From contig JAXLNO010001532.1 of NCBI GenBank assembly GCA_038087875.1, forward strand, positions 1-63,510: a stretch of 63,510 nt of DNA, in the 5' to 3' direction. Positions within the stretch are counted from its first letter, which is position 1. Each line of letters opens with the position of its first letter. This DNA comes from Malacoraja senta (Eukaryota). Positions 41,401 to 53,400 of the stretch are shown in pieces. The position numbers and the translations under genes are program-made. The notes under the pieces were generated by a model. It was not told the origin of the DNA. It saw only the letters and a list, made by a program, of their open reading frames with translations, and did no database searches.

Positions 41401-44400
41401 AGTTCTTCGGGCTAACGGAATCAAGGGATATGGGGAGAAAGCAGGAACGAGGTACTGATTTTGGATGATCAGCCATGATCTCAAAGGGCCGAATAACCTA
41501 CCCCTGCACCTATTTTCTATGTTTCTATTTTTGGGGGGGTTGGAGGCCTCCAAAGACATAATCCATTGCATCCATCATGAAGCGTCTTAGAACGGTTTCA
41601 GAAACTACAAAGCAAGTCCCTGCAGCACTGCATGTTATAACTGTTAAAATATAACAAGAAGAATATGTAGTCTACTTCAGCGATACTTTGGTTTATCTAT
41701 TACAAACAAAGAGTAATCTAATTATAAAATTAAAAAAACAAAATTCAGGCTACATGGAATTTGGTTGATCACATTTAGAAAAGATTTCTTCATTTTGCTG
41801 CTTTGTCCTTTAAAATTAACATACTTTTTTCAACAGATAGAAAAATTGTATGTAGCAGATTATGAACAAATGGCAAAGTAGATAGGTTTTATTTGATCAT
41901 TGTAGGTTTAGTTTTTATTATTGTCACATGTACCTTGGTACTGTGAAAAGTTTTTGTTGCATGCTATCCAGTCAAAGACTATACATGATTACAATCAAAC
42001 TATCCACAGTGTACAAATAAAGGATAAATAGTAAGATATTCCATTACATTAACATTTCCAATAGGAGCCTGCACACATTATAGATTGTGTGCAATATTTT
42101 AAAAGACAATGTAAAAGATTATAAATATAAATTGTATATGTTTGACATAAGTTTACATTTTCTCTAAGTTATTGAAACCAAACAATATCCTAATTAAAAG
42201 CAACATTGCAATGCACAATATTTCTTGAGCTTCACAAATACTTTATTTGTATTATTAATTAATACAACTATTACCTGTTCCACTGTAGCTCGGTCAGATT
42301 TATCTTTAACTCGATACCTAAAAAAACATGGCCGATAAAGAATACTAATGTAATTTATATCTTTCAGATTACATGGGTTCAAAGATATATTTAAAGTACA
42401 ATAACAATAAAAAAACTGCATGGAACTCAAAATTACAGATGGAATAATGATTTTTTAAAAATATTATCGTTTCACAATTCACTGGGTACGTGACCCGTGC
42501 TATATTTTGCTGGCAATTTGTACTTTATAAATAGTAGGTTTCTATATTCAGCACAATATCAGCTTTTATCCTATCTCAATAAAAACTAAAACTAAAATGC
42601 TGAAAGGAATGGTGGCATTGCAAGCCTAAGGCATAATCACCAGGACCAAAACATTCAAGAGAAAGGCCATTCATTATCTACTTGGAGGGTAAAAGGTAAC
42701 AGGAATGGCTATATGTCATGAAAACTGAATTGACATGGACGAGTCTTGCTGTCACTTTTCTATCTTCTGTAATCTCTCTTCCTTCAAAAAGTTCTTTGTG
42801 TGTTCAGTTCCATGACCTTTATAGTCAAGTTCATCCAAGTCTCCCCAACATCTATATATTTGCACCTCTGAAAGAAGTCAATAAACAGCATATGTAGGAG
42901 AAGGAAACCCAACTAGCAGTGAGGTTAAGCCAACACAAACAACACCATGAATCTGCTCTCTATATAAACCAAATCAAATGCTGAGGGAATCCAATATCCT
43001 TTAAGTATAGGATACGAGGAGCCTATGTACTGTTAAATGATGTTCATTAATTGCATCGATAAAAGCTGCCCAAATTGTAGTAATGCTTAGTTTTATTCTA
43101 TCAATATGAATTTTACTTACATATTTGTCTGTTTCTGCCTCGACTTCTCAGTTACTCTGTTTATCACAGAATCAGGAAAATTTAGTTTATCTGTCAAAAG
43201 AAAAGGAAAAGTCACATGTAATGGAAAGCCATTCCCTAAAAACTATTATTTTGATGATGGAACATTATAGCTTTTAAACATTTCATTCTCGCTCAACAAT
43301 CCCAGACTGAAAAAGCAATGATCTGTCCACTTTATTGACCTTTGACAAAACTACTCTGCATTTGATCAGCATTCACAATATAGTAGCTCAAGTTAATTCA
43401 GCCTATTTCTCTCCATCCCCCTGACAAAAACACATCATTTTCTGATTAGATGTTCAGTTTTTCTTTTGGAAACACAGTAGTATCTGACCAATTTAATGCA
43501 TAATAATTAAACTACATAAACAAACAAATTTAGTGAGATGTTTGATTTTTGGCCGGAAATCATCCCGTGGGCCAGATCAGACTCCTTCGCGGATCGGTTG
43601 CGGCCCGCGAGTTTGACACCCCTGGCCTATAGGAAGCGTTTCAGTACAAAACGGCAATCCAATCAGAAGCGACATGCATTCGCAAGGGGATTTTTGCCAT
43701 TTCAAACACCTAGTATAGGTAGGAGCTGTGTAAATTCTGTTTAAGTTGTTTAACTCTGTTAATTGTCAAACAGCAGTGATGACCTTGATGAATTACCGGT
43801 ATTATGCTTTGAAGATTCAGATAGTAGTGAATTTTTCAGATTTGAAGATTGGAATGCTTTCCTTTTTTGTAATCTGTAATCTTTGTTCCGTGCACACTTA
43901 AATGTTATTTTATTCTGAACGCTGTATTTATTTTATTACCGGAGTATACATTATCTGTTTTGCACTGGAAATGGCCGCGAATGGAAATGGCCACCACCAC
44001 GGCGAATGGAAATGGCCGCCACCACGGCACATGGAAATGACTGCCACCACGGCGAATGGAAATGACCGCCACCACGGCGAATGGAAATGACCGCCACCAC
44101 GGCGAATGGAAATGACCGCCACCACGGGGCATGGAAATGACCGCCACCACAGCGCATGGAAATGACCGCCACCACAGCGAATGTCTGTTTTTTATCTTTC
44201 AAAATTTCGCGACTCAAAATGGGGGTGCGTCTTCAACGCAGGTGCGTCTTCATTGCCGGGAAGTACGGCATATGAAGCAAATCAAACAGCTTACTGCTTG
44301 CAATATTAATAGAATTTGCAAGCCCACCATATAACAGGGGTTAAGATAGTCGTAAATTGTTCCCTATCAAACACTGAGAGGAGTTTTAATTGAGGTATTT

Positions 44401-47400
44401 TAAATTAAGAAGCTTTACAGAAAGATTTACTCATGCTAACAGAAAGATCTATAGGGAGTGGGTGCAGGGAGTAGATTCAAGTCAATTGATAGAAAGCTCA
44501 AAGAGGAGCAAAATATTAGTTCAGATTATAGTAGGAGTCTGGAACTCACTAGCTCACTTAGCACTAAATGTGGGACTTGCTAAAATGGCTGTGGCTTACT
44601 CCCAATGTTAGTTTGGGAGATAACATAATACAAATTTATACATTAAAAAAAAAGGCAATATATTTATTACTTGCTTACACATGTAAACATTTCTGAATTT
44701 AAAAAAACGTGAATAAAGCAATTTAAAAGTCATAATCTACAGGGGCAATGACAAAGAATTCGGGGTTGGGAACCCAAAGTCTATTTTTGATGTGCATTGC
44801 AAAGAAACAATTAGCCAAATGGCCTCCTTCCATACTTCAATTTACACAATTCTAAATAATATTTCAAATTAAAACTCACCAAGATTAATTTTATGTTCAA
44901 ATTTTCTCAAAGCCTTGTCTGGAGGTGCGTACATCTTTACTGAATTAAAGGAAGCTTGTCTATTTGCCTGAATGAAATAAATTGCAGCAGAAACTAGGAG
45001 TCACAATTTTTGGCACAAATTACAAGTAATCAAAATATGTACATTAGTAATAGATGTCCAATCTAATACTTGGACCATAAATGTATAACATTAATATAGT
45101 CTATGGAAATGTTCTATTAAAGCAAAGTATTAATCCACAAGAATATTTCAAACAAATATTAAAATGAAATAAAGACAGCCTAGGTTAGAATACATGTTGA
45201 CTTATCCAAAGTAGCTAGAAAATGCATTCTTTATTAACATGATGATCAACTTTATATCCTAAAGATATTTGTAAATCATGATCCAACATTGTTATTTAAG
45301 ATTTCTACATTTAGGATGTAAGTGCAAGCATTCTATAATATTTGAAGACGGTTACTAGCAAAATCTCTATTTTTTTTTAAATTGTAAGTGACTTGTGTTA
45401 GTTGTTTTAAATATAAAGTCCACATCTAATTTATTCTGTTTCTCACTATAAACAACCTAATACCCAGATTTACCACCAAGAGAGCATTGTGGCGGCCCCT
45501 GGTGGCTAGCTGATCGTGGTGCGAACCCTTGGCTCTGGGGGTTGGGTCATGTGACTTGGTTTGGCGGGGAGAGCAGGTCACGGGTCTCCCCTGGGGTATA
45601 TATACTGCTGGTAACTCCTTTGCCCCTTGTTGTGGTTCTGATAGCTGTTCTGTGATAACCTAATAAAGATCACTTTGTTTGACAACACGTGTCTCGCTAT
45701 ATTGGTGACCCCGACGATCCAAAAGAGTTATTTTGGATTTCAAAGATGAACGCTGCCAACGCTCAACCCGCCGTTGCCCCCGATCCAGCCCAACAAAACG
45801 CTGTTGCACTTAAGCTGCCGGTTTTCTGGACCTCGCAGCCCCAGGTGCAGTTCCAGCAGACCGAGGCCCAGTTCCACATCCTTCGAATCAAAGATCCTAT
45901 AGCAAGCAAGATAGTGCACTCCTGCTAAAACCAATGGGCTGACGTGTAGTACGCAACAAAGACGCAACGGAGCGGAACGTCAGCCTTTTCGTCGGCCATT
46001 TCAGTAAACCCGACCTGACGTTGTATATCCCTCGCAGTGTAATCAGCGTTGCGGGGGAACAGTTTGTGTGTGTGATGTAGTGTTAGATTCATGATTCATA
46101 ATTCTGTTACTTTTTGTTAATGATTAATATGATAATAAATTATAATTCTGTTAATTTTCTTTTTTAATGATTTGGATTCAAAGCCCCGGGATTGGGATCG
46201 GACTGTGCAAGGGTGGAGGGGGCACTGAGGGCAAAGAGGCTGTGCCCACACGGCAGTGTAAAAGGGGAGACCTTTCCAATCCACGCTTCCCTCTTTCTGT
46301 CTCCACTGTGCCTTTTCAAAATTGGTTGTTTATTTTTTCCGCAAAAAGAGAAAGGCGGAGTGAGCGAGAGTGAGGGGCCGAGGCTTGCACCGACCGACCG
46401 AGTGAGCGAGCGAATGTAGCCCAAGGAAAGTCCACCTGCTCCCCACCCCTTCTGCCCCAACAAATAACAAATGTAGCTTGCAAGATGCTGAGACCTGCGA
46501 ACAGGGAGCAGCTGCACGTTGTGAACTATGTGGAGGACTATTTGGATTCAGTCTCTGCCTTTCGATCTCCAGAGGAACGTTTCTCCGAGGGAAATCGATG
46601 CTCAATACCAAGGTAAGAACTGGGGTACGAGCCCGACCCCCACCAAACTGCTGCAGCACTGGGGCGGGCCTAACAAAAGAGCCGTTCCAGCACTCAGCCA
46701 TTTTGGCAGAAAGAGGAATAAATGTCCTACAGTCAGCGACGCAGAGGAGTAGTGAAGAGCAGACCGGTCCGGAGTTTGGGAGCCGGGCAGCGAGCGTAAT
46801 GGGAGGAAGAAATCGAAGGGCCGTCTGTTCTCAGCTTCGGATCTCATGCCCGCCAACTTTCCCCCGTCAGTGAGTCTCTTTAACGGGGCAGAGAGAAAAT
46901 GAGGAGAAGATTTTTACCAAAGATCTTTGATTTTTACGAGGATGTTTCCGTAACCGGCTTCCGTCTCCGTACTAGTATCATTGCTCAGCTATGACGGACA
47001 AAGATGTCGGAGATGGAAGCCGGATATGGAAATGGGGCCGAAGATTACCCATGAATCTGCCCATGACCCTACTACGTCTTTATCGTGGAGTGGGCTATCT
47101 TGCTTGCTATAGGATCTTTGCTTCGAATCACAGCCGATGACACCGCTACTATTACGTGGTCGGCGCGCTCTATCAGGAGACGGCCGGTCGCTTGGTTCCT
47201 TACCAACGTGAGCCGCCAGCTGCCGATAAGTATGAGGGTCCCTTTCGGGTGCTGCAGCATGGACCTACTACTTTTGTTTTGGACATGGGGGGTCGGCGTG
47301 AGACTGTGTCTGTGACTCGTTTGAAGCTGGCCCATTTGGACCTTAGCGAGCCAGTACAGGTGGCCCAGCCTCGTCGTCGGGGGTGTCTGCTGTCCCGGGT

Positions 47401-50400
47401 GCTCCCTAGCTCGTCTGTACCGGGCTGGTCCACTGTGCGTGGGGATGTGTGCACGAGGTCCGGCCGCCTCGTTCGTCTTCCCTTTCGGTTCCGTGCCTCC
47501 GGTTCTTTGGGGGGGGATCCTGTAGCGGCTCCTGGTGGTTAGCCACTCGTAGTGGGAACCCTCGGCTCTGGGGGTTGGGTCATGTGACTTGGTTTGACCG
47601 GAAGAGCGGGTCACGGGTCTCCCCTGGGGTATATATACTGCTGGTAACTCCTTTACCCCTCGTTGTGGTTCTGAGAGCTGTTCTGTGTTAACCTAATAAA
47701 GATCACTTTGTTTGACAACACGTGTCTCGCTATAGCATCTTTATTGTTTTGCATCACCTGTTGGCTGTTGTTCTTTGAGGCATTATAACGTTTGGTGAGG
47801 TCTCCATCACAAGACTCCCAGTCCCAATCTTCACCATCATCACTCTCAATAAGAAATTCCTCTTCATCTGAGTTATTCAGTTTCGGAATCTCAATCTTCT
47901 TCTCTGTCTTTCCAACTTCCTCTAGTGTTTTCTCAGCACAGCCACCATCACTAAAAAAAAACAAATTGCATTTGGTGTCTTTAAAATAAAACAAAATTGT
48001 CACATGAGGAGGCTGTAGGACATTTGATTTAAAACTTTATCACAGCAGTTGGGTTTTCAGGAACTAATAAAGAGGAAAATTGCAAGGAGGTACCATGGCA
48101 ATGGTAGGAGATGCCAGCGGCACAGCCAGTTAAACTGCTGCCTTCTAGCTCCAACATCCCAAGTTCAAATCTGACTTCTGGTGCTGTGTCTGTGGAGTTT
48201 AAATGTTCTCTCTTTGACCATGCGAAAATGCGCAGGTTAGCAAGTTAATCAGTCACTCCAATTGCCCCAAGTGTGTAGCTGTGTGCATTATAAGTACCTG
48301 AAGGGAAATAAGGTGACTAGAGAGAGAATAGGGGCCAACAGAATCCTAAGTGGAGCCGCACGAGATACGCATAATCCGCAATGCGTATTTCTCCATTATT
48401 GCCATAGAGGGAGTGCAGAGAAGGTTCACCAGACTGATTCCTGGGATGTCAGGACTGTCTTATGAAGAAAGACTGGATAGACTTGGTTTATACTCACTAG
48501 AATTTAGGAGATTGAGAGGGGATCTTATAGAAACTTACAAAATTCTTAAGGGGTTGGACAGGCTAGATGCAGGAAGATTGCTCCCGATGTTGGGGAAGTC
48601 CAGGACAAGGGGTCACAGCTTAAGGATAAGGGGGAAATCCTTTAAAACCGAGATGAGAAGAACTTTTTTCACACAGAGAGTGGTGAATCTCTGGAACTCT
48701 CTGCCACAGAGGGTAGTCGAGGCCAGTTCATTGGCTATATTTAAGAGGGAGCTAGATGTGGCCCTTGTGGCTAAAGGGATCAGAGGGTATGGAGAGAAGG
48801 CAGGTACGGGATACTGAGTTGGATGATCAGCCATGATCATATTGAATGGCGGTGCAGGCTCGAAGGGCCGAATGGCCTACTCCTGCACCTAATTTCTATG
48901 TTTCTATGTTTCTATGTTTTAACCGTGGAGAAAAACATGAAGGCGAGGGAACTTGGAACAGTTAAGATATATTAAGGTAGATATCCAAGGGCTGATCTCA
49001 TATATCCATGGACACTGGAAAACTAGAGAAGAAACTGCAGGTGGGCTGGCTGAGATATACGAATCGTCATTAAGCACAGGCAAGGTGCTGCAATGTTGGA
49101 GGGTAACTAATACTGTGCTTCTGCTTAAGTGGTTTGGCAAGGAAAAACCTGGGAACTATAGACTGGCAATGCTAATATCTGTGGTACTGCTTAGGGATAG
49201 TCAGAATGGTTTGGCTGTGGGCAATCGTGTATTATGAATTTGATCGAGTTTTATGAAGTAACAAAGAGGTTGGCAAAGGCAAGGGCGTAGACATTGTCTA
49301 CATGGATTTCAGCACGACCTTTGATATGATTTCATATGTTAGGCTGCTCTAGAAGGTTACATCACGTGGGATCCAGGGAGAGTTGGATACACAATTGGCT
49401 TAATGGAAGTAAGTAGATGGCGGTGGTGGTGGAAGGTTGTTTATCTGACTGGAGGCTTGTGATTATGAGTGTGCCTCAGGGATTAGTGCTGAGTCCATTG
49501 GTGTTTGCAGGGCTCTCACTTAACTTTTTTTCCCTGTTGCCAGCCGGGCAACCTTGGCAGCTTTTTAGGTTGCCAAATGACAGTTTAGGTGGTCATTTAA
49601 GATGGTTTGCATGACACGTGCGACAATGTGCTCGGACAAAGTGCGTAGTTACCAGTCGGAATTGTGCTCAATGAAGCATTCACATATTATTTCTGCTTCA
49701 AATAAAGCCACAAATTAAACATATTCACCAATCAAGACATGATATATACCACAAAACATGCAGCAAAATTATAATACAGTATCTCAACTTTTTACACATT
49801 GCAATTAATGCAATTTCTATTAGTTCTTTCCACTTCCAAACAAAATTGTGGTTGGATTATTCAGCGTATGATCAACCTGTGTCAATAAATCCAGGACCAT
49901 GGTAACATATATGCTTAACCATGCACACTAGATTGATGCAAGCATGTTTTCTGTGAAGGACCGAAAATTACCATGACATGGCCATAGCATGGGTGGTTAT
50001 TGCTATTGGCACAGAAACACTCTCGCTTCCCACATAATTTATCCATAACAAACTATACAGGTTGCATGGAAATTTCTAAAGGCATTTTATGATAATAGCT
50101 GTTAAAACCGACTATATCCATCTGACAGGTTAAACATTACACTAACTGACAAGAGATGGCCAAAGGACATAACTGCAGCAAATGTTCTTTTGGTAATATG
50201 TTTAAAGGTGTCAAAACGCCACATTACCGGACATTCAGATTAGATGTACGTGATGTGAACAGCAATGAAGATACCCAGTTTGTACGCGCCAGATTTAAAA
50301 ATATATAATTGATAAACGCTGTTTCCATCATTCCCACTTCAGAATTAACGTTAAAATTTCAACTGAAATATCTCCTGACCAAATTTGTGATGTATATAAC

Positions 50401-53400
50401 CGACTGTAGAAGTAAAACCTGGATAAATCCAACGTACAGTTGTGAATGTTGCTCATTAAATAACTACAGTACTGATACTCCATATTAAGAGCATTGATTT
50501 GCCGTTGAAATGAATTCTGTAATAACGTGTCAACGGTAGCACGCGTTTAATGTTTCACGTGTTCACAATTTAATTAATCCATCTTTATGGACTAAAACAA
50601 ATAATAACATTGGGAATTAAAACGCATTTGATTGCATTGCGTTATCAAGCATAGTCAATGTTCGCTCTGAAGACATTTCCAGCACAATGGGGTCAGGGAG
50701 GTGGGGGGGGGTGTGTGTGAATCAGTGCGGGGTTGATAGATGGCGGGGGGGGGGGGGGGTTGAGAAGGCAATCGGTGCGGAATGGATGGATTGAGGCAGG
50801 TGAATCAGTACGTGTTGGTTGGAGTATGTAAAATTGTGAGGGGAGAGCACGGGGGATGTCAGTGGTGTTGAATGGGGGGATCAGTACGGGATGGATGGAA
50901 GGGATCAGTACAGGATGAATGGGGGGGATCAGTACAGGATGAATGGGCGGGATCAGTACAGGATGAATGGGGGTAGACAAAAATGCTGGAGAAACTCAGC
51001 GGGTGAGGCAGCATCTATGGAGCGAAGGAAATAGGCAACGTTTCGGGTCGAGACCCTTCTTCAGACTGTTCCCCCCATTTTTCGGAGGGTCTGTGCAGGA
51101 TGAATGGGAGATCAGTACAGGATGAATGGGAGGATCAGTACAGGATGAATGGGGGGGATCAGTAAAAGATGAATGGGAGATCAGTACAGGATGAATGAGC
51201 GGATCAGCATAGGATGAATGGGGGTCCTTCTACCGTGGAGCGAGGTAGAGGGGGTTCTGGACAGGACCCCACCACCTCATTACCCAATCAAACATACCGG
51301 GGGTGGTGTCCCAGAACAGTCAGGTGGCGAATCTGTGGAATTCATCGCCACAGAAGGCTGTGGAGGTCGTCAATGGATAATTTAAAGGCAGAGTTTGACA
51401 GATTCTTAATTAGTACTAATGTCAGGGGTTATGGAGGGAAGACAAGAGAATAGGGTTGAGAGGGAGAGATAGATCAGCCATGATTGATGTCTTGAAGCCT
51501 TACCTTCAAGGTCGGCAGAGGAGCGGCAGGTGAAGGAGTGAGTGCAGGGATTGACTGAAAAGGTAATCTCTTGGGGAGTTTTTCCGTGTTTTCTCAGGAG
51601 CCGGTGATTTAAAAAACGGTCGGGGCCAGCCTGCAACACATACCTTCAAGATCGGCAGAGGAGCGGCAGGTGAAGGAGTGGGTGCGGGGATAGACTGAGG
51701 AATTTAATTAGCAAATCGGTAAGAGCGAATTTGTCAATTTATCAGGTAATACAAGCAAGGTTTGCTCTAGGGGAGGGGCCTGTCGGGGAGCGTCCTTGTT
51801 GAGGGAAGTTTCTTGTGAGAAAAGTGCGAGTGTTTGGCTCGAGAGTCTTCGGCGAGGAGGCTGAGGGAGGAGACTACGGCAAAAGTTGGAGAGGGTGAGA
51901 CGCCGTGTAGAAATGACAGGTAAGCTGATTCAGTGTGATGCTTGCAGGATGTGGGAGGTCAGGGACACTGATGGTGCCTCTGGCTGCTATGACTGTGGAA
52001 AGTGTGTCTAGGTTCAGCTCCTGAAAGACCGTGGAGAGGCAACTGGATGACCTCAGGATCATCCGGGGTTCTCTGGATACTTTCAAGAGAGAGCTTGATA
52101 GGGCTCTTGAAGATAGCGGAGTCAGGGAATATGGGGAGAAGGCAGGAACGGGGTACTGATTGTGGATGATCAGCCATGATCACATTGAATGGCGGTGCTT
52201 GCTCGAAGGGCCGAATGGCCTACTACTGCACCTATTGTCTATTGTCTATTGTAAGACGAGTTTCCTGGACAGGACCTACAGCGAGATCATTACACCGAAG
52301 ATACCGGAAAAGAGAATGTGGGTGACAATGAGGAAGGGAAGGAAGCTTTGAATACAGGTACACCCTGGGGGATGTACCTCTTGAAAACAGGTTCACCCTC
52401 TTGGAAGCTGTCGGGACAGAAGACACTGCCATTCTGAGCGGCGGACAGGTCTGCGAGTCAAAACGTGGCGCTGAAGCAAAGCCGAAGAGACAGACGTCAG
52501 GCAGAGCTGTGATAGTAGGGAGCTCCATAGTGAGAGGTACAGACGGGATTCAAGGATGGTGTGTTGCCTCCCTGGTGCCAGGATTCAGGACGTCGCAAAA
52601 CCGATTGCAGGGCATCCTCAAGGGTGAAGGTTAAATCAGAAGTGTCAGTGTTGCAGTTGAACAAAGAGGACTATGAAGGCATGAGAGAGGAGCTGACCAT
52701 GGTCGACTGGAAAAGGATACTTACAGGAATGATGGTGGAACAGCAATGGCAGAAATTTCTGGGCATAATCCAGAAGATCCAGGATCATTGTATTCCAAAG
52801 AGGAAGAATGATTCTAAGGGGGACAAAAATGCTGGAGAAATACTTTTTTTCCCCAGCATCTGCAGTTCTTTCTTAAAGATTTTAAGGGGAGTAAGAGGCA
52901 ACCGTGGCTGACAAGGGAAGTTAGGGATGGAATAAATAAGGAAAAGGTGTATAACATAGCAAAGAGTAGCGGGAAGCCAGAGGATTGGAAAACTTTCAAA
53001 GCACAACAGAAGGTAACAAAAAGGGCAATACGGGGTGAAAAGATGAAGTACGAGGGTAAGCTGGTCAAGAATATAAAGAAGGATAGTAAAAGCTTCTTTA
53101 GGTATGTTAAGAGAAAAATATTAGTAAATGTGGGTCCCTTGAAGGCAGAAACAGGTGAAATTATTATGGGCAGAAGAGTTGAACAGGTAATTTGGTTCTG
53201 TCTTCACTAAGGAAGACACAAACAATCTCCCAGATGTACTAAAGGACAGAGGATCTAGGGAGATAGAGGAACTGAAATAAATTTGCATTAGGCGAGAAAC
53301 AGTATTGCGTGGACTGATGGGACTGAAGGCTGATAAATCCCCATGGCCCGATGGTCTGCATCCCAGGGTACGCAAGGAGGTGGCTCTAGAAATCGTGGAC

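Larger units (their letters stand above)
45488..47734 (+). mobile_element. Internally deleted Gypsy LTR retrotransposon in RIOK1 intron 2
   Basis: 214-bp LTRs (45488-45701, 47521-47734); 4-bp TSD GCAT; tRNA-Trp PBS TGGTGACCCCGACG; G-rich PPT; gag N-terminus [15 protein letters not shown] and integrase C-terminus [15 protein letters not shown]. Confidence 0.92.

Noticed and set aside
43976-44182. 25-bp repeat as CRISPR or a coding repeat
   Set aside because: Contiguous tandem units without spacers, intronic, and not a multiple of 3.
46485-46612. True ING1 gene nested in RIOK1
   Set aside because: The exon is frameshifted, is bounded by transposon TIRs and TSD, and no PHD-finger second exon was found in the window.
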